Source of the DNA: Candidatus Iainarchaeum sp.
GTDB lineage: Archaea > Iainarchaeota > Iainarchaeia > Iainarchaeales > UBA10219
Assembly: GCA_018304425.1 (NCBI GenBank)
Contig: JAGVWE010000002.1
Span: 96,001-160,000, forward strand
Length of the DNA: 64,000 bases
Reading direction: 5' to 3'
Shown here: positions 9,935 to 18,936 of the stretch, one piece after another
Layout: the number at the start of each line of letters is the position of its first letter
Position numbering within the stretch: the stretch's first letter is position 1
Program-made: the position numbers and the translations under genes
Notes under the pieces: generated by a model
Seen by the model: only the letters and a program-made list of their open reading frames with translations
Told to the model about the DNA's origin: nothing
Database searches by the model: none

Positions 9935-10465
9935 ATGCAAGTCGAGTATTTGAAGGTGCCCCAGGACCGCATCGCTGTTTTGATTGGTCCCAAGGGCCAC
10001 ACCAAGAAGGAAATCGAGCGTAAGTGCAAGGTCAAGCTCTCGGTGGACAGCGAGTCGGGGGAAGCCGAGATTTCGGCCAAGGAAGACGGCTTCGGGGCCC
10101 ACAAGGCCGCGAGCGTCGTGAAGGCCTTGGCGCGGGGTTTCAGTCCCGGGCACGCGTTCCGCCTCTTCAGCGACGAGTATTACTTGGAGGTCATCGAGTT
10201 GCCGGATCTCCTCGGGAAGTCCTCAAAGGCCCAGCAGCAGAAAAAGGGAAGAGTGATTGGAGCGTCGGGGAGGGCCCGCGAGGAAATCGAGAAGCGCACG
10301 GGGGCCTCTGTCTCCGTGTACGGGAAGACCATTTGCATCATCGGCCGACAGGAAGAAGTCGAGCGCGCGCGCAACGCCGTCGAAATGCTGTTGGAGGGCG
10401 CAAACCACGAAACCGTGTTCGACCGCCTGAAGAAGGAAATGAGGGTCAGCAAATTCGAGTTATGA
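9935..10465 (+). CDS. KH-domain pre-rRNA processing protein (Dim2/Pno1/Krr1-like)
   Basis: LIGPKG, ARGFSP and GRVIG..G KH motifs; conserved position after rio1. Confidence 0.9.
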   Translation: MQVEYLKVPQDRIAVLIGPKGHTKKEIERKCKVKLSVDSESGEAEISAKEDGFGAHKAASVVKALARGFSPGHAFRLFSDEYYLEVIELPDLLGKSSKAQQQKKGRVIGASGRAREEIEKRTGASVSVYGKTICIIGRQEEVERARNAVEMLLEGANHETVFDRLKKEMRVSKFEL

Positions 10466-10484
10466 TTGCAACGGGGAAACTGGA

Positions 10485-12314
10485 ATGGCCAAAGAAGAAA
10501 AAAAGGGGAAAGCGGCGGACGAAGCCATCACCGAAGAGGAAGCAGTTGTCCCGCAGGCGGCGGCCAAGGCGGGGGCGGCACCCGACGCCAAGGCGGGCCT
10601 GACCGCGGAGGACCTGGCCAAGGAGTTCAAGGAGCACTCGGTGGCGGAGTTCTTCAAGAAAAACAAGCAGATGATCGGCTTCGTGGGAAAAATCAGGACG
10701 CTGACCACGATCGTCCACGAGTACGTGACCAATTCCCTGGATGCCTGCGAGGAAGCGCGGATTCTGCCGGACATCGAGGTGCAGTTGACGGAGTTGGGCA
10801 ACGAGTTCTATGAGGTAACGGTGAAGGACAACGGCCCGGGGTTGACCAATGAGACCGTTGGAAAGGCCTTGGGCCAGCTCCTGGCGGGAACCAAGTTCCA
10901 CCGGATGGTGCAGATGCGGGGCCAGCAGGGGATTGGAGCCAGCGGCTGCACGATGCTCTCGCAGACCACCACGGGCAAGGCCACGAAAGTCATCACCGGC
11001 ACGGGCAATGGCAAGCCCCTGCAAGCCGAAATCATGATTGACCCCAAGAAAAACGAGCCCAAGGTCATGAACTTGAAGGAACTCGGCCGGGAGTTCAAGG
11101 GCACGGTCATCAAGGCCCAGTTCAAGGACGTCAAGTACATCAACTCCGAGCAGAGCCCCATGGAGTATCTTAGGAGGACGGCCATCTCGAACCCGCACGC
11201 GCGCATCAAGTTCATCGAGCCCTCGGGGCAGGTGACGATTTTCGAGCGCAGCCTGAAGTACATCCCGGAGCGGCCCGTGGAAGTCAAGCCCCACCCCAAG
11301 GGGGTCACGGTGGACGAACTGCTCACGCTCGCCAAGTACACGGAGGCAAGGAAGGTCGGGAGCTTTTTGAAGAACGAGTTCGACCGGATGGGCGACAAGT
11401 CGGTCGAGGAAATCGCGAAAAAGATTTCGTTTGACGTCAACAAGGACCCGCGGAAGCTGACGTGGGAGGAGTCCGAGGAAATCATCAAGCGCTTCAAGGA
11501 AATGGATTTCATTGCCCCGCGCACGGACGGCCTGCGCGCCATCGGCGAGGAACGCATCCGGAAGAGCCTGGAAAGCATTGTCCAGCCCGAGTTCATTTCG
11601 ACGGTGACGCGGAAGCCCCAGGTGTATTCGGGGGGCTACGCGTTCCAGGTCGAGGTCGCGGTGGCGTATGGCGGGAACGCGGGCCGGATGGCCGTGCAGG
11701 AGGACGGGGCGGAGGTCCGGAAGATGGAAGTCATGCGGTTCGCGAACCGTGCGCCCTTGCTGTTTGACGGGGGCTCGTGTGCGACGACCAAGGCCATCGA
11801 GTCCCTGGACTGGAAGCGGTACGGCATCAAGGACATGGAGAACACGCCTTTGACGGTGTTCGTCAACCTGTTGTCGGTGCACATCCCCTATACTTCGGCG
11901 GGCAAGCAGGCCATTGCCGAGGAACCCGAGGTCGTGGAGGAAATCCGGCTGGCCCTCATGGAGTCGCTGCGGAAGACGGGCAGGTACATCATCACCAAGC
12001 GCAAGGAAGCCGAGAAGCAGTTGAAGCGCGAGATGTTCTTGAAGTACATCCCCGAGGTCGCGACCGCGTTGAGCCAGATAACCAGGGAAGACAAGAAGAA
12101 CCTGGAAAAGAACCTGGAAAAACTGGTATTGGACAAGTTGAAGTTGGAGGAAGCCATCGAGGCCGAGAAGCTCAAGAAAGACCATGAAGCCATCGAAGCC
12201 GAAATCGAGGGGAGAACCGAGGTGGCGGAAGAAGAGCGCATCGAGGGCGGTGGCGGAATCAAGACCCGGAAGGCCCGGAAACCCGTGGCGGCCAGGAAGG
12301 CGGGGGAAAAGTAG
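10485..12314 (+). CDS. top6B: DNA topoisomerase VI subunit B
   Basis: GHKL motifs EYVTNSLDA, DNGPG, RGQQGIG; RFANRAPL; PYTSAGKQA. Confidence 0.97.
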   Translation: MAKEEKKGKAADEAITEEEAVVPQAAAKAGAAPDAKAGLTAEDLAKEFKEHSVAEFFKKNKQMIGFVGKIRTLTTIVHEYVTNSLDACEEARILPDIEVQLTELGNEFYEVTVKDNGPGLTNETVGKALGQLLAGTKFHRMVQMRGQQGIGASGCTMLSQTTTGKATKVITGTGNGKPLQAEIMIDPKKNEPKVMNLKELGREFKGTVIKAQFKDVKYINSEQSPMEYLRRTAISNPHARIKFIEPSGQVTIFERSLKYIPERPVEVKPHPKGVTVDELLTLAKYTEARKVGSFLKNEFDRMGDKSVEEIAKKISFDVNKDPRKLTWEESEEIIKRFKEMDFIAPRTDGLRAIGEERIRKSLESIVQPEFISTVTRKPQVYSGGYAFQVEVAVAYGGNAGRMAVQEDGAEVRKMEVMRFANRAPLLFDGGSCATTKAIESLDWKRYGIKDMENTPLTVFVNLLSVHIPYTSAGKQAIAEEPEVVEEIRLALMESLRKTGRYIITKRKEAEKQLKREMFLKYIPEVATALSQITREDKKNLEKNLEKLVLDKLKLEEAIEAEKLKKDHEAIEAEIEGRTEVAEEERIEGGGGIKTRKARKPVAARKAGEK

Positions 12315-12324
12315 GTGAACGCTT

Positions 12325-13467
12325 ATGGCAGACAAGAATAAAGTGAAAGTCAGGGTCTCGGAAAGGGAAAAGGAGAAGCCCAAAGACATAGCCAAGAAAA
12401 TCAAGGGCCTCGCGGAAGGCGTGGTCCAGGAGATAAAGAAGCACAAGGACCCCACCTTCATCACCATGCAGCGGGGCAAGGGCAACGTCGAATTCGATGA
12501 AGCACAGGGCTTCATCGTGTTGGGCGAGAAGAGCACGACCCGGAACTTCCTCAACATCGGGCACGCCCGGAAGTTCATGCAGACCATGATGGTGATGGCG
12601 AAGAGCCACAACTACTTGAACGAGAACAAGACGGCCTCCATCCGTGAGATTTACTACGAATTGAAGCACACCCTGGGAACGACCAAGGAAAACACCTTCG
12701 AAGAGCAAAGCGAGTCGGATGCCTGCATCGTTGACCTCGAACACGCGATTGACTCTATCCGGGAAAAGCTGAACCTGCACGCGAACCCCAAGGGCACGCT
12801 TTACGGGGACATCACGCTGAAGGACCGGATGCACAACAACGACACCTTCAACGCGGCCAAGCTGGGAAGGGGTGGCTGGAGCATCATGTCGCGCCTGGAA
12901 CCCGACGAAATCGAGATTGTTTCCTGCAAGGCCGACTACGTGCTGGTCATCGAGACCGAGGCCATGTTCGAGCGGCTCATCGAGGAAGGCTTTGCCAAGA
13001 AGCACAAGGCCATCCTCATTGGAACAGGAGGACAGGCGGCGAGGGGGACGCGGAGGCTGGTGCACCGGCTGCACACCGAGGAAAAGCTGCCCGTGTATGT
13101 TTTCACCGATGGTGACCCTTACGGCTGGTACATTTACTCGGTCATCAAGCAGGGTTCCATGGCTTTGGCCGCGCACTCCGAGTTCCTGGCGTGCCCGAAC
13201 GCGAAGTACATCGGCATGACGTTGGAGGACGTTGACGACTACAAGTTGCAGGACGTCACGGAAAAGATGAAGGACGGCGACATCAAGCGGGCCAAGGAAA
13301 TGCTTGACTATCCCTGGTTCCAGAACAAGCCCTGGCAGAACGAGTTGAAGATGGCGCTGGACCGGAAGATCAGGATCGAACAGCAAGCCCTGGCGCATAG
13401 GTCGCTTGACTTCGTGGCCAAGGAATACCTGCCGAAAAAGATAAAGAACGAAGTGTTCCTCCCGTGA
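12325..13467 (+). CDS. top6A: DNA topoisomerase VI subunit A
   Basis: SIREIYY catalytic Tyr; TOPRIM VIETEA and DGDPYG; EQQAL. Confidence 0.97.
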   Translation: MADKNKVKVRVSEREKEKPKDIAKKIKGLAEGVVQEIKKHKDPTFITMQRGKGNVEFDEAQGFIVLGEKSTTRNFLNIGHARKFMQTMMVMAKSHNYLNENKTASIREIYYELKHTLGTTKENTFEEQSESDACIVDLEHAIDSIREKLNLHANPKGTLYGDITLKDRMHNNDTFNAAKLGRGGWSIMSRLEPDEIEIVSCKADYVLVIETEAMFERLIEEGFAKKHKAILIGTGGQAARGTRRLVHRLHTEEKLPVYVFTDGDPYGWYIYSVIKQGSMALAAHSEFLACPNAKYIGMTLEDVDDYKLQDVTEKMKDGDIKRAKEMLDYPWFQNKPWQNELKMALDRKIRIEQQALAHRSLDFVAKEYLPKKIKNEVFLP

Positions 13468-13476
13468 TGCGGGGAA

Positions 13477-14721
13477 TCACTTTTCCTTTTTCGCCGTCAA
13501 CAGGGCCAGGGCCTCGTCGAGCTTGTCTTCGGCCAGCAACTCGAAGACCCTTCTCGCGTCGAAGGCCTTGTTGAAGTCCGTTTCTTCGAGGTTCTTCTCC
13601 AGCATGTCGAGGCCCATCTGGGCCAGGGACTTGCGGCTCTGCTGGAGTTCCCGCAGTTCGGCAATCTTTTTCTTGAAGTCCACGGAAACGAAGTCCTTGT
13701 CGAGCGAGAAAATGGCCTTGCCCTCGTACTTCTTCTCGAGCTCGGAGAGTGGGATGTCGGCCTGTGAATGGCCCTTGGCCAGGGAGCCGACGAGCTTGAG
13801 TCGGATCATCGGAGGCATGCCGTTTCCGTTGGTGGCCAGGTCGGCTTGGATGAGCTGCTCGGCCTTCTCCGCCACCTGCTGGGGCAGGACCGCGTTAAAC
13901 CGCTCCTTATGGTAGAATAAACGCCTTTGGCGGGGGAGTTCCACGAATTCCAGTTTCTTTGTCCGGGTGTCATAGAAGTGAATGCCCTTCCGCTGCTGGG
14001 CCTCCAGGTTCTTCATCTGGGTGTGAATGGTCGAGCCCGTCAAGAGGAACGTGCAGTGGTCGCCCAAGGGGGTGATGCTGTGCCAGTGCAGGTGCCCGTT
14101 GACGATCAAGTCGAAGTCGCGGGGCAGGTTTTCCAGTGAAATCGTGGAAACCATGGGGTCGTCCGCGGGGAGGAACTCGTTGATGGACTGGTGCAAGACC
14201 AGGAGGTTGGTCGCTCCCGGCACCGGCCTGGGGTTCCATCGCTTGAGCGCGTCCAAGGCATACTTTTCCGGCACCCCGCTCAAGCCGTGCACTGCGACTT
14301 TCTCGTCGCCCTTTTCGAGTAGGGCGATGGACGCGTGGAGGTAGACGAGGTAGCCCGCGTTTTCATAGACTTCCAGGATGTTGGTGTGGTCCTTGCTCCG
14401 GTACTCGTGGGTGCCGTGGATGGAAATAATTGGGACGCCGTGGAAGTCGGTGGGCTTCGAGGAGCCGTCGCGCTCGCGCACCGAGATTTTGATGCCGGAC
14501 TTCGGCGCCTGATAGGCTTTGCCGAAGACGCGGAAGCCCTCCGCCAGGACCCTTGCATCCGGCGTGTTCTCGTCGAACAAGTCCCCGGCCAAGACGATGG
14601 CGTCCGCACCCCCCTGCAGGGCCAAGTCAAAGGCTTGCACGCAGTTCTCATAGCTTTCCTCGGCGCGTTGGCCGCGAAAGGAGTAACCCAGGTGGGTGTC
14701 CGAGAAGAGGGCTAGTTTCAT
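13477..14721 (-). CDS. mre11: Mre11/SbcD family DNA repair nuclease
   Basis: DTHLG, GDLFD, HGTHE, HQ and GHLH metallophosphoesterase motifs. Confidence 0.88.
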   Translation of the reverse strand: MKLALFSDTHLGYSFRGQRAEESYENCVQAFDLALQGGADAIVLAGDLFDENTPDARVLAEGFRVFGKAYQAPKSGIKISVRERDGSSKPTDFHGVPIISIHGTHEYRSKDHTNILEVYENAGYLVYLHASIALLEKGDEKVAVHGLSGVPEKYALDALKRWNPRPVPGATNLLVLHQSINEFLPADDPMVSTISLENLPRDFDLIVNGHLHWHSITPLGDHCTFLLTGSTIHTQMKNLEAQQRKGIHFYDTRTKKLEFVELPRQRRLFYHKERFNAVLPQQVAEKAEQLIQADLATNGNGMPPMIRLKLVGSLAKGHSQADIPLSELEKKYEGKAIFSLDKDFVSVDFKKKIAELRELQQSRKSLAQMGLDMLEKNLEETDFNKAFDARRVFELLAEDKLDEALALLTAKKEK

Positions 14722-15620
14722 GGCAGGGCCTCAATCAGTTGGCGCTGGGCCTTGGCCAGCCCCTCGGGGTAGAGCAGCAAAGGCCTTAAAACAGGCAGGG
14801 GAACGGTTTTGTCGAAGGCCTGCATGGCCTGGACGTCCGGAGCGTCATCGGCTTTCACGAATGCCGTCAAGCCCTCGGCTTCAATGGCTTGCGCGAGCCG
14901 GCTGGCCGGGTAGGCCTTGAACTGCATGCCGGAATTCCAGGGCACGAGCCTGGCAAGCAAGGCAGCCACTTTCGTTTCGTCGCCCGCGACAATCGGGTAA
15001 ACAGTGCAGCCCCGCTTCATCACCAGCCAGGCCGCAAAAACCTCCAAAGGATTTCCCTCGAAGAAAACGCCGACGTTTCCCTGCACGCCGACGGGGTAAC
15101 CGCCTGGCCCCGGCCGTTCTTCGACGCACAAGTAAAACGTTTCGTCGCGGACTTCGACTTCGATGACCGCGTCCGGGTGGTCGAGGTTGACTTTGGCGTT
15201 GGGTTGCGCGTCCAAAACCATGCGGCCGAGTTTGACTTCAATGTCCTTGGAGGAAAACGCGTGCTTTCCCACCCGGTGCGCGCGGACCGCGAACTGGGTG
15301 CCGGCGTTCACGCGGGCCAAGGCAAACGGCAACGCCTTCTCGCAGACGCGGTCCAGGGTGGGGTCCGCGAAGCGCTTGGCGTGGATGACGGAGTTCACGC
15401 CGAAGACCCGTTGCAGGATGGGCACTGCCTCCCGTGGGTTCACGCCGTCCACGTGCAGGACCAGGCCAGTGGACTTCACGGTTTCGAAGGCACACCTGTT
15501 CTTCTTGAGCGCCATGCGCAGGTTGTCCTTGAGGCGTTGCACGATTTTCCTGCGGACGGGGAGGCTCTTGATGCCGATTTCCGCTCCCGCCTTGACCAGC
15601 AGGCAATCGATTCCATTCAT
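14718..15620 (-). CDS. THUMP-domain ThiI-like protein with degenerate PP-loop
   Basis: EIGIKS..VR, RVFGV, FAVRAHRVG, VNLDHPD, GPGGYPVGVQG and AAWLVMKRG motifs; SGGIDS is absent. Confidence 0.8.
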   Translation of the reverse strand: MNGIDCLLVKAGAEIGIKSLPVRRKIVQRLKDNLRMALKKNRCAFETVKSTGLVLHVDGVNPREAVPILQRVFGVNSVIHAKRFADPTLDRVCEKALPFALARVNAGTQFAVRAHRVGKHAFSSKDIEVKLGRMVLDAQPNAKVNLDHPDAVIEVEVRDETFYLCVEERPGPGGYPVGVQGNVGVFFEGNPLEVFAAWLVMKRGCTVYPIVAGDETKVAALLARLVPWNSGMQFKAYPASRLAQAIEAEGLTAFVKADDAPDVQAMQAFDKTVPLPVLRPLLLYPEGLAKAQRQLIEALP

Positions 15621-15712
15621 GCACGTAATTGGCCTGCAAAAGGCATAAATTGCCTGCCCCCGACGAGCCTTGGACCGGAGAAGCAACCCTTATATTGGTG
15701 GACGCGCAAAAT

Positions 15713-16801
15713 ATGTTTATGCCCCGCTTTTTCCGCCAGCCGCCGAGAAGGCCTCTACAGCCCAGGCGGCGCCGGCGCTGGATGGTGCCGTTATTGGGGG
15801 GCGTGACCGCGGCTGCCCTGGGGACCATGGGTTGGATGACGCATCAGGTGCTGCGGATGCCTTCGCCCGAAGCCCCGGCAAGGCCCGGCATGGTGCGCGT
15901 GGACGCACCTCACACTGGAACCCGTGGCATGGTGCCACAAATGGGGACAAGGGTTCCACGGCGAAGGGCCAACATGACGGAGCCTGCCCCCGCAATCCGC
16001 GCACCTCAGCCCCCGACAGAACCATTCGCCTGGCTGGAGGGAAGAACGGGCCTCTTGTGGGAGAAGGTACGCGAAATGAAGCGGACGGGCGCGCTGGACG
16101 CTTGGCAGAAGGAAATCGAAGCCAGGCGAAACGCGATGTCTGAAACCGAAAAAGCTGGCATAGAGGCTTACTTGCGGGGCCTCACCGAGGCCAAGGCCGC
16201 GGCGCTCCTGCTGCCCGAACTCGAACCCCACAACGCCGTTTACAGCACCCAACTGCTGGGCAAGTACATTGAACAGGTGTTCCGGTTCGGCCCGGAAAAA
16301 GCCGCTGAGATGCGGAAAAACGAGTTGCGGGGACTGCTCACCCAGCTCGCGGAAAAACCCGAACTCCTCAAAGACCTTCGGTACAGCCAAGCCCTTCGGG
16401 TCGCCAGCCTGGACTACCTTAAAGACGACTTCAAACTGGACCGCGCCTGGCGGCCCGTGGTGCACGACATGTACGTGGCCTTGAACGATTGCTTCGAGCA
16501 AGCCGCACGGTATTACCCGGAAGGCGACCCGCGACGGGAAGTGCTCCTGCGTGAAGTCGACCCGTTGCGGAGTCTGTTGCGGTTCTCCAGGGGATACCCC
16601 ATTGAAAGCAACACCCAACGCCGTGCCAACGAAATCCTGGAGGCCTTCGCCGCCACGCGGGAGGTCGACGTGAACATCGACGCGGCCGTGGCCAACGCCC
16701 TCAAGAAGAGCCTGACCCCCGAGGAAATAGAGGCTATGGTGAACAGCACGGATCGCCTCATCGAATGGATCTTGAAGCAGAGGGCCGGACTAAAGTGGTG
16801 A
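15713..16801 (+). CDS. Orphan membrane-anchored protein (Arg-rich N-terminus, TM helix, Pro-rich linker, helical domain); paralog of 25656..27020
   Basis: Long ORF with host-like codons; CTTATAT TATA-like box at ~15690; start 15713 or 15719. Confidence 0.75.
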   Translation: MFMPRFFRQPPRRPLQPRRRRRWMVPLLGGVTAAALGTMGWMTHQVLRMPSPEAPARPGMVRVDAPHTGTRGMVPQMGTRVPRRRANMTEPAPAIRAPQPPTEPFAWLEGRTGLLWEKVREMKRTGALDAWQKEIEARRNAMSETEKAGIEAYLRGLTEAKAAALLLPELEPHNAVYSTQLLGKYIEQVFRFGPEKAAEMRKNELRGLLTQLAEKPELLKDLRYSQALRVASLDYLKDDFKLDRAWRPVVHDMYVALNDCFEQAARYYPEGDPRREVLLREVDPLRSLLRFSRGYPIESNTQRRANEILEAFAATREVDVNIDAAVANALKKSLTPEEIEAMVNSTDRLIEWILKQRAGLKW

Positions 16802-16863
16802 AATCCCCGCCGGCAAACGCCCTGGGGCGAAGCCTTTAAAGCCATTCGGACGGTCAATTAGTA

Positions 16864-16950
16864 GCCGTTGGGTTGGCGGGAACCGGAAGGCCTACCGCCC
16901 CCTTGAGCGCAAGCGAAAGGGGGCAAGTCCACAGGTGCCGGCTGACTGGC
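16864..16950 (+). ncRNA. Putative structured RNA or tRNA leader upstream of tRNA-Cys
   Basis: Closing stem 16864-16877/16937-16950; hairpin GCCCCCTT-GA-GC-GCAA-GC-GA-AAGGGGGC; CC-GGAA-GG loop; TTTAAA box at 16835-16840. Confidence 0.35.
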
Positions 16951-16954
16951 AGCC

Positions 16955-17026
16955 GCGGAGGTGGCAGAACGGCTATGCATCGGGCTGCAGACCCGAAGAT
17001 AGAGGGTTCGACTCCCTCCCTCCGCT
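16955..17026 (+). tRNA. tRNA-Cys (GCA)
   Basis: Acceptor stem GCGGAGG/CCTCCGC; anticodon arm TCGGG-CTGCAGA-CCCGA; T arm GAGGG-TTCGACT-CCCTC; U discriminator; CCA not encoded. Confidence 0.95.
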
Positions 17027-17198
17027 TTAAACGCACCGGAAATGTACCATCAATAGTTCTAAAAGTCCCAAAAGGGAATCCACTATAACAAGGATTGAAA
17101 CTATTTGGGGGCATTCGGCACCAAGATTGCTTTAAGCGCCATAATAACGTTTTTCATTATTTTAGGTCGTTAGCGGTTTTTGCGGTGGGCGGCGGATT

Positions 17199-17421
17199 TA
17201 CGGCTATTGTAATAGCCGTAGAATAAGGGTTTGGCGCCTATTGTAGTAGGTGCAATGGATAGCAAAGTGCTCATTGGCGGGCAAACAGTATCTCTATGGG
17301 CATAGAGATATCTATGGTTGTAGACAGGGTGAATCGGCAGAGGTTCGTTGTATTGAGCAATACCGTGTCAATTATTGCCCAAAATAATGGGCAACACAGT
17401 ATATACATGGATATGTATATA
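17199..17421. repeat. Cluster of six short inverted repeats
   Basis: 17199-17220, 17234-17253, 17289-17310, 17350-17363, 17375-17394, 17400-17421. Confidence 0.8.
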
Positions 17422-17458
17422 TACCTTCCCATGTATAGGTTGCTGTGGATGAGTGCAT

Positions 17459-18073
17459 ATGGTTAACCTGGCTGCGCCCAAGACCTTCCAGTTCATCGAG
17501 TACGTGTTGGACCAGAAAACGTTTACCCAGTACCGGGCGGCAAAGGAACTGCACCTCACCATGCCCTTAATCAATCAGGCCACCAATTACTTGCTGAAAA
17601 GGGGCTTCATTGCCCACGACGGAAAACAATACAACTTGAGGGACGCGGCCGGACTCATCGCCTCGATTCACTTGTTCCGCGACATGAAAGACCTGCAACT
17701 CCTTGAAATACACACGTCCCTGGAAAAAGAAAAAGCCATGGCGTCCCTCCAAGCAACGACGGCCGCCCCCATCTACTGCCTGGACACGGCGCTGAACAAT
17801 TATTCCAACTGGTGGCGGTCCAACCTCGTGTGCGCCTACGTTGAACCCCAAGCCCTGGACGAAATCCACATGACCTTCCTCTACCATCCAGGCAATGCCA
17901 CTGTGCTTAGGGTCTTCAAAGAAAAACCAAAAGTGGAAAAATTCTTCGAAGCCCGCGGCCAAAGATTCACCGCCAAAACCAGGACCGTTATCGACATGGT
18001 CTGCGACAAACAACTAAACGCAGTAGAACCCTTATTCAGGCAACTATGGGGGCGGGACGTTGCCAACCCTTGA
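17459..18073 (+). CDS. Winged-HTH transcriptional regulator, AbiEi-like antitoxin
   Basis: N-terminal HTH (FTQYRAAKELHLTMPLINQATNYLLKRGFI); C-terminal T...RT.ID motif; overlaps the downstream nucleotidyltransferase. Confidence 0.65.
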   Translation: MVNLAAPKTFQFIEYVLDQKTFTQYRAAKELHLTMPLINQATNYLLKRGFIAHDGKQYNLRDAAGLIASIHLFRDMKDLQLLEIHTSLEKEKAMASLQATTAAPIYCLDTALNNYSNWWRSNLVCAYVEPQALDEIHMTFLYHPGNATVLRVFKEKPKVEKFFEARGQRFTAKTRTVIDMVCDKQLNAVEPLFRQLWGRDVANP

Positions 18074-18797
18074 AGAACGCTATCCAAAAGAAATTACTGA
18101 TTTATCCCTTGTTGAACTCAAGAAGTTCCTGGCCTGGTGTAAGTCAAGGATACGAAAAACCGTGCCAGTCATCGGCGGCTGGGCCGTTTATGCCTATGCA
18201 CCGAAAACGGGCTCCATTGACATTGACATCGCAATCGACAAAGTGGATGAACCACCCATAAAAGGCTTCTTCAAAGAAAACGGGTTCAAGCGGAAAGAAG
18301 ACGAACCCAACGTTTACTTCAAAGAAATCACGACCGCCGCTGGCCGGACGGAAACCATCCACTATGACGTCTTCTATTCAGACCATGTCTTCAAAATCAG
18401 GGAAGCCAGCATTTCCTTCAATCTGCTGGACCGCTACTCGCAGGAAATTTCTCTGGAGGCCCAACCCATGCGCGTGCCAACCAAAGAACTCCTCCTCATC
18501 CTCAAGGTCGCCGCCTACCGGGACAGGGAAGACAATGCACGAATGGGACACTTCCGCCGGCCCCCCGGTGAACGCGAACGACTCGAAAGCAAAATAGAAA
18601 AAGACAAAGCAGACATCCGAAACCTCTTCGAAACGGCTCCAGACCAAAAAAGAATAAACGACTTACTCGAAAAAACGGGTTTCAAACAAGCCTACACCCA
18701 AAGCCTGAAGGAACTCGGAATAATCAAGACCCAAAGCAAAACCATTACCGGGAATGCCTCCATAGCAAAAGCCGAGGAACCCAAAGATCCGCGTTAA
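18060..18797 (+). CDS. Nucleotidyltransferase, AbiEii/DUF1814-like toxin
   Basis: VIGGWAV, SIDIDI, LLILK..A and KD..DI motifs typical of AbiEii-type nucleotidyltransferases. Confidence 0.72.
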   Translation: MPTLEERYPKEITDLSLVELKKFLAWCKSRIRKTVPVIGGWAVYAYAPKTGSIDIDIAIDKVDEPPIKGFFKENGFKRKEDEPNVYFKEITTAAGRTETIHYDVFYSDHVFKIREASISFNLLDRYSQEISLEAQPMRVPTKELLLILKVAAYRDREDNARMGHFRRPPGERERLESKIEKDKADIRNLFETAPDQKRINDLLEKTGFKQAYTQSLKELGIIKTQSKTITGNASIAKAEEPKDPR

Positions 18798-18936
18798 CCT
18801 TATAAGTTTGAAAAGCGTATAAGCTTACGAGAAACGAAAACACCGCGTTTGCGTCAGGAGAACCCTGGCTTCGGAGCGCTCCCTCCGCTCTCCCGTTCCG
18901 TCTGCTTTAAAACGATTTTGGTTGGAGGTTACTTGT

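Larger units (their letters stand above)
17027..18889. mobile_element. Small tRNA-integrated cassette remnant (palindrome cluster plus AbiE-like TA pair)
   Basis: 11-bp direct repeat CTCCCTCCGCT at 17016-17026 (tRNA 3' end) and 18879-18889; AT-richer than the backbone; no integrase in the window. Confidence 0.55.

Noticed and set aside
10446-12611. 721-aa minus-strand ORF and many other long antisense or off-frame ORFs (e.g. 4906..6489, 37374..38936, 60114..61391)
   Set aside because: Shadow ORFs of GC-rich genes; they overlap clearly identifiable genes and have no motifs.
16861-16954. 5S rRNA, SRP RNA, tRNA-Sec or SECIS identity for the structured segment
   Set aside because: It lacks the 5S CCGAAC loop, the SRP helix-8 CAGG/AGCA loop and any cloverleaf or UCA anticodon; kept only as an unknown RNA candidate.
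17199-17421. CRISPR array
   Set aside because: The palindromes differ in sequence, there is no repeat-spacer periodicity, and no cas genes are in the window.
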